From positions 19,809 through 83,808 of the forward strand of contig NIVC01000281.1 in NCBI GenBank assembly GCA_002269645.1: a stretch of 64,000 bases of DNA, read 5' to 3'. The notes below the pieces were generated by a model. That model was not told the DNA's origin. It was given only the letters and a program-made list of their open reading frames with translations, and searched no databases. Numbering within the stretch: the stretch's first letter is position 1; every line of letters begins with the position of its first letter. A program made the position numbers and the translations under genes. The stretch comes from Macrostomum lignano. Taxonomy: Eukaryota. Positions 37,401 to 47,404 of this stretch are shown in pieces.

Positions 37401-40400
37401 CGTCGTCAGCTCCACGAATGTCGGCAGAGGCTGCTTGTCCGGCACAATTGCCTTGTTGGGGCACCTGAGGTCATTGCAGATTCGGATCTTACTGTCAGGC
37501 TTTGGGACGACCACCAGATTCGAAATCCACTCGGATGCCTGAATCTCCTCGACGATCCTGTCCGCTAGAAGCTGATCGATCTCAGCTTGGACCTTCTCCT
37601 TGAGGCTGAGCGGCGTCCGGCGGAGAGGCTGCACCACTGGAGGCACTGCAGGGTTCACTCGGGGCCGGTGCTCAAACCCTCAAATCCGGCAGAGTCCTCG
37701 CGTCAGCTGCTCGAAGCGGTCTGGCAACCAGGCCGGCAGCTGCCTGGTCTTGTCCACGGTGTGCACCAGGTCGCCGAACTGATGTTGCACCTTGTTCACC
37801 TCCGCCTCGCCTCGGCTTGCCATGGCAACTGAGTCGCCAGTCTCGATCGCACTGGCTTCTGCAATGCTGGTCTCCCACTGCTGACTCAGCGTCACCGCCG
37901 TCTTGAGCGTCAGGCCGTCCTCGATGAGCAGGCGCTCTCTGATCCGCCTGTCGCTGACCTTCTCCACGATCTGGTCGCGAATCATCTCGTCCGTCATGCC
38001 GCCAAACTCGCACGAGCCGGCCAGCGTGTACAGCGCTGCCACAAAGTCAGCGATTTTCTCACCGGGTCGCTGCCCTCGCTGCCAAAACCTGTGGCGTTCC
38101 GCCATCACGTTGGTCTTGCCACCAAACTGCTCCTTCAGCAGCTTCACGGTCTCGTCGAATCCCAGCGGTGGCTATTCACCATCCGAATTCTGAGATGGCG
38201 GTGGCTGCATCGCTGCGAAGATCCGCTGTCCTTCCGCACCCAGGCAGTGCAGAAGCAGGGCTCGCTTTCTCGCGTCTGGTAGAGTGTCGAAGCCCGCCGC
38301 CATTAAGTAGTTGTCAAACAGGCTCTTCCACTCATTCCACGGTCTTGTTGGCGGTCCCGGTTGAGGCAGGAATTGCTCTGGTGGCGAGATGTTAATCCTT
38401 GGCACCTCCGATGTGCTAGAAGCTGTCATTGACTGGGACATTCTGAGCACTGTGTACTTTTGCTGTTTGGCGCTTGTTTACTTTGCAGTGGCGGCCTTTC
38501 AAGCTGGGCTGTCACTCAACTTCTTAGTGAAAAGTCAAAACCCCAAATTGTGGGGGTTGGCCTAGCTTGCGATGCCAATGTTGTGTTGAGAAAGTCAGAC
38601 TGAATTTAGGGGTACACACGAACTTAGCCCAAGTTGGCCTACCGACTGGTATATTTATACTTACATATTCATTTAGCTGCGACAGATCAATATTGGAAAA
38701 CAGATGTACATAGCATATGTACATATCTGCAAACCAACTACACAACACCCATGCCATAGGCATAGTTAGGATTTTGTATTAATATTAGTATTAGTGTATG
38801 CCAGGTCTAGTGGGGGAAAAAGTAAAGGACCACATTTGTACACTAGGACTAAAAAAGTTTTCAACTTTGTATAGAAAAATTGTATGCATTTTTCATTCTT
38901 AAATTTATTATTCATACAGGCCTAACCCACACTCCAGATCATGTAGTATATGCCTGAAAATTCAGGTGTGCATTGGCCTTGCATGCCAAAATTAGGCATG
39001 CATAGTTTCATTGGCATATATCACTCCTAAGAAAATAGTATGCATGCACTTTATAGAATCACCCATAAGAGTTATTGTGAAGTAGAAAAAATTAAGAAAG
39101 TTAATTTGTAAGCATAAATTTCAAGCTCATAAAGAAGCATTTAAAAAAGTATTTGTGTATATCAATTTTTTTGCTATGAATAGTATTGCCCAAAAAGCAT
39201 AAAAATCAACCAAATAATCTACTTGGTTGATTTTTATATTGCAAATAAGGGTCTATTATACAATTTAGAAAAGATCATTTATTGTCACAATGTAAAAAAA
39301 TCATTTATTGTTGCAACACTGGCATATTTTTGAGAAAAGTGTGCACAATTTTTTTGGCATACACTTGTAATTTTTCAATTTTTGTTTGAGCATGTATTTA
39401 GCATGATCTGGACTAGGCCTATGAGGCCTAACAAACATAAAAATTACACACTTGCAATATGCAAAAAAGACATTTAAAAAAAAGGATTTTAAAGCCTAAA
39501 TACTTTTTTGCTACAATAATTAATAGAACTTTTATACAAAATCCTAGATATATTTCATGCATACTAATAAAAACTTATATATATATATGCATACCTTTCA
39601 ACCAACTTGCATATTTGCATATAATTTTTTGACTAAGTCAAACTTAGCAACTAATTTTTGCAATGCAGCAACTATAAAAAACTTACAAATGCATGATTTC
39701 ATTTAAAAAGGTTGCATATTCCACTTATCACATGTAAAACAACATTTATTGCAAACCAGGATCAAATTCTTGCTTGGGGGTAGGAAAACGTGCACATATA
39801 TTTTTGTAGCAGCGCGCAAGCGTGCACGCCAGCTATATAATGCAGATCATGGCCCATGCACAAAAAATGAAATTTCATTTTTCTAGTAACTGTTTTTGCT
39901 AAAAACTATTATTCTTTGTTTTATTTTTGTTTTGAAATTTTCCAGCATAAAAACAACCTGGACTATGAAAAGTAGGAGAACTTGAGCATGCATATGCTAC
40001 ATGGCACATAACCATGTTAAATGCATGTAAAAGTCAAATCCTATCTGTGATTCTGTAGCAAACAGCTTCTTGCGCAAGCGCATACAATGGAACGCGCATA
40101 CACTTCTTAAGAGTGCACAAGTAGGCTCCTTTTCAGCTTGCACAAATTTGACAAGTGCGCACAAATGCGTAACAACTTTTGTGCAAGAATTCCATTCTGG
40201 ATTGCAAATAACAAATAAAAAATTAAATAACAAATAAACAAACCCCCTTGTGCAACTAAGGAGGGAGCAGTTGCTCCTCCTTTAAGTAGTGACTAGAAAA
40301 AAATCAAAAGAGACCAAGTGAGTTTTTGCCACAATATAGAGTTGCACCTCATCCGCCCTCTTGGGTCCTTACCTTCTAAAATCTGCCCTTTCAACAAATT

Positions 40401-43400
40401 CATTGTTAACATTAATGACAATGTCAATGACCAAAGATGCAAAAAACAGCAAAATATATGTTCAACAAAAAGTTACAACATTACAAATATATTTAAATTT
40501 ACCTAAATGCCTAATTAAACTCTTTGTTTATGACAATGATCATGAAAATTAAACAACTTCTTAATAATGAACTTTTATAATAAATTAAAGTTGTGAGCTT
40601 TATTGCTAAGTAAGTTACATTTACTGTATGCTTACTTTTAATAATATTATACAATATGCATACAAGTTTTTAGATTATTTTTATTACCTTTTTAGCCTGT
40701 AAATTGCTTGGATGACCTCTGTGTTTTGCTAAAAAAAGATGAAAAAGCAAAGACAGTGTATTATGAAGTCTGTTTAGGAAAAAAATGCAATTTCTATATT
40801 TTATATGTTAACTTTATTAGATTATTGCATATTAATGATTATCAGTTAATTTTCAGCTAACCTAACATAATAACCTGGGTTGGTATGGGTGCCCAGTTTG
40901 GAGTAAAATATGTTATATATAATATAACAGGAGTAGTGACGCTCTGTCTATACGCTCGTACTTTTATGGATATGAGCAGGTGTGATGACACTTTGCAATA
41001 ATAGTTCAATCACTCTGGTGTTGTGACACTCAGAGTTCACGCTGCAGCTCAGTCTGGTGAGGTGACACTCTCGAGTACTTCTAGCTTCGATACTATAGGT
41101 TATACACACTATATAAAGTAACCAGTATAGTACTACAATAATACACAATATACAACACTGCTATGCTGTAGTGGTCACAGTCATAGGCATGATAATGCTT
41201 TAGCTGTGGAATCACTGCTACAGCAAAGCCTTGGAAAAGCTAAAGAAGCAAACAAACTTGGGGGTCTTATTGGTGCCAGAAACTATGGAGCTTGTTTGAC
41301 TATTGCCACCATTTGACTGCTTTATTTGCTCCTAATCAATTGAGTTCTCACAATAAGAGACCATATAGATACAGCTCACTTGAGTATTGCATGCAAAATT
41401 TAGAGTCTTTGCTATAAGAGACCATCTTTATGGCTCATTTGAATATTGCTAGGTTAGTTTGAAAAGCTAGGCATGGGGCACAGAGCGGAGAGTAGGGAGC
41501 TGGCTGGGCTAGGCTTGAGCACTATATACCAATTAATAGGGTAGAGGGGCAGACAGCGCGAGAGAGACGCCAAACAAAAGAGATGACCCCTCAGCCAATC
41601 AGGATGCCCGCCAAGCAGATCTGATTGACTGTGGGCCAGAAAAGAAAAACACAAAAACACAAGCCTAGCCAATCATTGGCTGTCGCAGGGAAAGACTCAA
41701 GCTCGGCCAAGTGCCCCCCCCCCCAACCAGCCAGAACTGGTCTAGGGATGGCCGCCTAGGGTGCATGCAAAAACAACTCAAAAAGTGCAAGAGCACTCAA
41801 CAGGCCAGACACCACATTAACAAAATTAGGAGTTAATAAGTTAAGATTTTTTTGTTTTGATGCTAATGTGTTTGCCATTAACAGAAGTTAAGATTTTCAT
41901 TAATGGTGCCCAACATTGGCTACTACTATGATAATAATGTATTATATAGTTTTGTTTTATAGAAAAAAAAGCAAGTAAGAATTTTTAGAGGCCACTTTTA
42001 TCAATAAAATACATTTAAAAAGAGAGGAAGTTTTCATTTTAGCACTAAAAGCAGAAACTCTTGCTAATATTCAATAATTGGCTATAACTATAGGATACTT
42101 TATTTTCTGGCAACTATACTAAAATAGGAACCTATGAAAGTTACAGACTATAGCACAAAATCCAATTTAGTATTGTTTTGGAAAGACAAAAAATTATAAA
42201 AATAGAATGGAACTACTTATTCATTATTGACACTTTTAACTTAATTTAGGGGGACTTACTGAGATGTCAAAGCTGAGAGGTCAGAAGCTAGATGTAGTTT
42301 ATTTAAAAAAGTATTCCATTCTACAAATATAAATTTTAATTTATATTAAAATTTAAATTTTTTTAACAGGGCTATGCAAATACACATTTTAGATCAAAGA
42401 ACGTCAAGCATATGTGAAGCGAATTCTGGACAGTTTGAATGTACAATATGAAGAGATTGACATATCAGATGACGCCAATGCAGAGCTCAAAGCTCAGATG
42501 CAGACTGCTGCTCGCAGCCATGGCAAGCCTGTGGTGCCACCGCACCTGATGCGAGATGATGCGTACCTAGGCGTGAGTATATTATCAATTCTACCCCCCC
42601 ACTTCCTCCCTCCATGTCCATGTGCTTTCTTGGTTATCTCCAATCAGTTCATTTTTTGATAAGATGTTTTATGTTTTATGTACTCGATTAATCTCGTTTT
42701 TCTATCTACTTAATTAGTACAAGTATTTTAAGTACTCGTGCACTTATCAGAGATGTACTTTTGTTTTTCCAAGGATGGGGACGACTTCTCTGAAGCAGTC
42801 GAGGTTGACACTGTCGGCGCGTTTCTACAGCTGCCATCAGCTGCGGGCGCTGAGGTGCGTAATGCATGATGGTGCTATCACTGCTATGAGTTGATGCAAT
42901 AACAATAGTGCAATGAAGTGATGCAATAGCAATGGGTGCAATGAAGTGATGCAATAGCAATGGGTGCAATGAAATGATGCAATAGCAATGGGTGCAATGA
43001 AATGATGCAATAGCAATGGGTGCAATGAAATGATGCAATAGCAATGGGTGCAATGAAATGATGCAATAGCAATGGGTGCAATGAAATGATGCAATAGCAA
43101 TGGGTGCAATGAAATGATGCAATAGCAATGGGTGCAATGAAATGATGCAATAGCAATGGGTGCAATGAAATGATGCAATAGCAATGGGTGCAATGAAATG
43201 ATGCAATAGCAATGGGTGCAATGAAATGATGCAATAGCAATGGGTGCAATGAAGTGATAAAAATAAAGTTTTAGTGTTTTTGTGTGTTTATTATGTGTTA
43301 TTAGTTACTCGTATTATCATACTTCAGCATCAGTTCTGAACTTTTGATCTGCTTTCAGAACGGCAACAAAGACTTGATCAAAAGCGGCGACACTGCCGAG

Positions 43401-43415
43401 AAAGCTGCGGAATGA
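34403..43415 (+). CDS. SH3BGRL: SH3 domain-binding glutamic-acid-rich-like protein (thioredoxin fold), 120 aa
   Basis: Exons 34403-34447 (MSLKLFVSSVSGNMK), 42393-42572 (IKERQAYVKRILDSLNVQYEEIDIS...PPHLMRDDAYLG), 42774-42854 (DGDDFSEAVEVDTVGAFLQL) and 43359-43415; all phase-0 GT-AG. Confidence 0.85.
34558..38747 (-). mobile_element. Internally deleted Ty3/Gypsy element with short LTRs (Mag-like) in SH3BGRL intron 1
   Basis: 169-bp LTRs at 34558-34726 and 38579-38747 (TGTTGTGT...ACACAACA, 1 mismatch); 5-bp TSD CCCAT; PBS-like TGGCATCGC; PPT AAGGGAGAGTGAA. Confidence 0.93.
34953..38450 (-). pseudogene. Defective Gag-Pol: two in-frame stops, knuckle and protease deleted, catalytic Asp substituted in RT and IN
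   Basis: The three ORFs share one frame, separated by TAG (38174-38172) and TGA (37682-37680); YIDN instead of YxDD; QLNIFG instead of xLDIxG. Confidence 0.9.
42885..43257. repeat. 28-bp minisatellite (GCAATAGCAATGGGTGCAATGAAATGAT) in SH3BGRL intron 3
   Basis: Directly visible. Confidence 0.93.
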
Positions 43416-44167
43416 TCGGTTTTAATAATAAGCCGTTGAAGAGTGTCCATCCGAATCTGCTGACTAAGTACTAACGACACTTTATTCGCTTTTGCCAGTA
43501 ATTATTATTATTATATTCTACATATTCTAGTTTAAACAGCTAATCAGGAAGGCTTGTAAACTACGGAAATGTCGAATTGTTATTAAATTCCAAAACGATT
43601 TGTTATTGTTGCCAAATTTTAATTTATTTTTTTCCGCGTCATGGTTAGCGTTTGTAATTAGAATTTGTTTAAATCAGTACAGCTCAATTAGACAGCTGTT
43701 TCGAATGGCCACTCATTAATAATGATTATCCAACGATTTTTATTACTAAAAATCGAATTCTTTTAATTTTGATCTTTTGAAACTAAATTATTCCAAATAA
43801 AGCGAATCCATTGATTCCATTCATTAGAAGGACGATTCCAGCTACTGCTTTCCATATTCCAGCTTTTCAATATTCTATCTGCTGCTTGTACTAATCTGTT
43901 CATTTTACCGAAGCAATATGTTCATGCATATATTTATATTTATTTATACATTCTATTTGTAACCTTAAGATAATAAACTGAGTTTTGATATCGTTTCCTT
44001 AATTAAGATGTGTCTAAAAAGTGTTAATTTTATTTGTAAATTTATCCTGTCTTTAGGCGTCTGTCTGTTGAGCTTATGACGTATCTTACTTATTTTTAGT
44101 AGCATTTCTTGATATCCGTGACAGCATTTCATAAATCTATGGTTAGTGAGGACTATGGTTAGGCCAA

Positions 44168-44545
44168 GGCTGGACGTAGCCCAGTGGTCCAGCGCGGCAG
44201 GAATGTGCCAGCGGCCCAGGCTCGATTCCAAGTGCAGTCATCACATTAATTTGGGGCTGAATTGGAATCTCGGCTTGGCTCTGCTCGTGTAGTTGACACC
44301 CTTGAGGGCCAACCCCCAAGGACAGTGAAGTGTACATGCCTAACGATAAATAAAGTTAGGGCCGCTGTACACTCCTGTGTGAGTGTGTGCCTGTGCGTAT
44401 GACTGCGTACGTATCCGCGCGCTTGTGTGCCTGCTCAGGGGAGTCGGCGGAATGGGCAGTAATGCCTCTCGCTGGTTGTGTGCCTATGTCGCTTAAAGTG
44501 CGCCAGGGTGCACACAGCCCTAAGTGGTATTGCCCTGAAGTTTAA
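44168..44545 (+). mobile_element. tRNA-derived SINE, fuller copy
   Basis: A box TAGCCCAGTGG (44177) and B box GGCTCGATTCC (44219) with tRNA-like spacing; body repeated at 3069-3381. The 3' end is approximate. Confidence 0.78.
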
Positions 44546-44642
44546 AAGCTTATAATCCCATATAATCTTGAAGTGCATTAGGTATCCCACAAAATCTCCC
44601 GAGAAACGTATTAATACGTATCAACAATGGCAACAATTGCAG

Positions 44643-45161
44643 GCTCTCACAGGCAAACTCGGCTCGCTAGCCAGCAGCGGTCGCGCTCTGATGCTCCTGC
44701 GCGGTCGTCTGCACCTATCAGCCACCGCCGCCATCCAGCAGCAGCAGCAGCAGCGCCGCCTGCACGCCACGCCATCAGTTGGGGTACTGGGCCTGCAGGA
44801 GAAGCCGACTCGGGTGACAATTCCCGAAGCATCGCACGGCGGCATGATGAGCAAGTCGCAGCACTGGACAGTGGAGCGAGTGCTCACAGTCGGCATGTTG
44901 CCGCTGTACCCCGCAGCGCTGATGATGGACGGCCTGGCCATGAACCTGGCCGTCGGCGCGGCTATCACCATGCACGTCTACTGGGGCATCGAGGCGGTGA
45001 TCAAGGACTACGCCATGGAGCGCCTGTACGGACCCCAGCTGCAGAAGATTCTCTACGCCGTCTGGAAGGTCATCTCCTTGATCGGATTCGCCGGCTTTGT
45101 GTACTTTTGCTACACTGACGTCGGATTCATCCGCGTTGTCAAGGACCTGTGGACTGTGTAG
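44643..45161 (+). CDS. SDHD: Succinate dehydrogenase cytochrome b small subunit (CybS); start uncertain (acceptor at 44642, or ATG at 44691)
   Basis: HWTVERVLTVGMLPL, MHVYWGIEAVIKDY (heme His, quinone-site DY), three hydrophobic helices, basic/Ser-rich presequence; single coding exon. Confidence 0.92.
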   Translation, partial: ALTGKLGSLASSGRALMLLRGRLHLSATAAIQQQQQQRRLHATPSVGVLGLQEKPTRVTIPEASHGGMMSKSQHWTVERVLTVGMLPLYPAALMMDGLAMNLAVGAAITMHVYWGIEAVIKDYAMERLYGPQLQKILYAVWKVISLIGFAGFVYFCYTDVGFIRVVKDLWTV

Positions 45162-45764
45162 ACATTTTCTTCTCAGATACTGAATGACTCGAAACTTTGC
45201 CCCATCCTATCTAAATAGTTTTTGTGGCCTCCAGACAGAATTCAACAATTTAAGTTTAGCTCGAACTCACAAGTGTGTGTGTTGCTTAGTTACTGATAAT
45301 TATTAGTCTTTTCCGTAGTTTCTCCCAATTAACTACAATATATTGTATCTATAGTCTAGAGGCGATCAGATAATAATACTAGTGTTTAAATACTATATGC
45401 TTAATAGACGCTAAATAGACAAGCTTCAGTGTAAATCTTGTTCTTGCACATGCCATTGTAGTTTAGCAGCTAAAGTTGACTTACTGACTGCATGGCACAC
45501 TAAACACTACCGTTTCTAGTTTGTATTGTTATGTTGAATTTCTGCTTTTGGTGGAAAAGGTTCCTTGTGAAAATTAACTAATTAATGTAATAGAAAGGTT
45601 TGATCAGACTAAATCTTCAAAAAAATTCACTGATCTGATTACATACATGTTTCAGCCTGAGAAATCTTTGCATACGTGTACTTAAGCAGTAAGTTGTGGT
45701 TTAAAAAAAGCTTTGGCAAATTCACGAGATTTACACTTACCCTCAGAACAGATACTGTATTTGA

Positions 45765-45914
45765 CATACATGCGCAACCTTGGGATTCCCTCGGCCGTTT
45801 CTGTTGGCTACACACATGTAAGTCGCTATTGGCTGATCCGTCCAATAGCGACTTACATGTGTGTGTTGCCGATAGAAACGGCCGAGGGAATCCCAAGGTT
45901 GCGCCCAAGCATGG
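45765..45914. mobile_element. Foldback/MITE-like hairpin element, copy 1
   Basis: Near-perfect ~60-bp inverted arms (45772-45904) around a 9-nt loop; second copy in the opposite orientation at 63526-63698. Confidence 0.7.
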
Positions 45915-46313
45915 ATGCTAGTAAGGTTTCTATATTATATTTATAAATATAAATATGCTAATGAAAAGGCAAAAAGGCTTTTAAAGTCTTATTCAAGAAA
46001 TTTTGGGAGCTCAGAATTTCAGCACCTAAAATTGTAATTTTAGTTTTTAACTAGTTTTTAATAATTATAATAATTCATATTACGAGCGTACTATATTTAG
46101 AAAGGACAAGAAAGGACAGTTAGACAAACCCCTCAGACCCTCTCCCCTTATCTTCGGCTGGGTGGAATGCGAAAGGGCGCTCCAGTCATTTTGCAACAAA
46201 ATATGCAGGCATACTCTTGTTTTTAGCCACATGTATTTAGTTGCTATTTTTTATTCAGCATAATCAATTAAATAAAGTATTAGTATACTTTAGCTCTTAT
46301 AAGACTTCTAAGA

Positions 46314-46880
46314 CGCACTCCCCTTGGCTGACGACGGCTTCCTGCTGCGCAGAAGCATCGTCACCGCCACGGCGAAAAGCGCCTGAGCGTGCTTGGCTAC
46401 GCCGACGACCTCGCGCCCTCCTGTCCTCGTCCGTTGAAGGCGCCCAGCGCCAGATCAACAGGCTGGTCGAGGTGGCATCGAGCATCGGTCTGATCGTCAA
46501 CACGCTGAAGATCGAGGTGCTGACTGTGCCGGCCGACATCCCAGCGGACCTGATGTGCCGCGGCGCAGACGGGCAGACGACCACGCTCGCACGCTGCCAC
46601 CGGTTCACCTACCTCGGCGGTCTGGTGCCACACGTGGAGGAGGACCTCCGGCGGCGCAGAGGACTTGCCTGGGCGGCCTTTCGTTCGATCCGAGTCGTCC
46701 TCAAGTGCAAAGCGCTGCAAGCGGTGGTCGAAACCGTCCTGCTCTACAACACCGAGACGTGGAAGCTGACGGCTACGCTGGAGCGGCAGTTGGACTCGGT
46801 GCACTCAGGGCTGCTCCATGCGGCCTTTCGAGCTGACGAGAGCGTCGGGACTGAGGCCCTGTACCTGTACGATCGGGCCA
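46314..46880 (+). mobile_element. 5'-truncated, frameshifted non-LTR retrotransposon (RTE-like) RT fragment
   Basis: GYADDL at 46395-46412, then FTYLGG, RRRRGLAWAAF and VLLYNTETW; frameshift just after YADD. Confidence 0.8.
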
Positions 46881-47292
46881 AGCTGCAGGGCTCATTCAGG
46901 CGGGAACCTGTCGATATGTGGACTGCTTGCTGTGCGACGCTTTGTCCACTTTCAGGCTGTGCAGGTCGCCATCTGGCATGCCCTGCTCTAACTGTGACCT
47001 TGCATACAGGGCTGCATAGTTTGTTGTTGTTGTTAGAATAGCTATTAATTATTTATAAATTTAAAATTAGACAGCTGCTGAAATTCTTACCTGATACCTT
47101 TCTTTCTTAATTCTTACTACATATTTTTGGCTGGCAAAGTTCATAAACCCAGAATTTTCCTATTCACTTACTAGATTTCAGAAAGTTTTGTAACAGATGA
47201 CACAATGCTATATAATTTATATGCCTATTTATTGTACATTTTATAAATTGCATTTATGAAATAAAAATATTTGATTAAATGTATAATTGGGC

Positions 47293-47404
47293 GGCTATCC
47301 TGTAGTTTCGCACGTTAAATTATTTTACGGAATTATTTCGCCCTCTATTCAAGGGTGGTGGGGGGTGGGGGTAATAATTTAACGTGCGAAACTACAGGAT
47401 AGCC
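47293..47404. mobile_element. 112-bp MITE with perfect 32-bp TIRs and an 8-bp TSD
   Basis: TIR GGCTATCCTGTAGTTTCGCACGTTAAATTATT; TSD AATTGGGC at 47285-47292 and 47405-47412. Confidence 0.88.

Noticed and set aside
34927-38395. Many overlapping antisense and alternate-frame ORFs in GC-rich regions (also 44621-45118 and 56684-58350)
   Set aside because: Shadow ORFs of GC-rich coding sequence with no recognisable motifs
40911-41157. TGTTA...CAACA segment as a solo LTR
   Set aside because: No target-site duplication and no second copy
41500-41700. CCAAT boxes and a minus-strand TATA-like motif in SH3BGRL intron 1 as an antisense promoter or LTR
   Set aside because: Short motifs with no ORF, termini or TSD
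44168-44240. tRNA genes at 44168-44240 and 59390-59470
   Set aside because: A and B boxes are present but no complete cloverleaf could be folded, and both continue into SINE bodies
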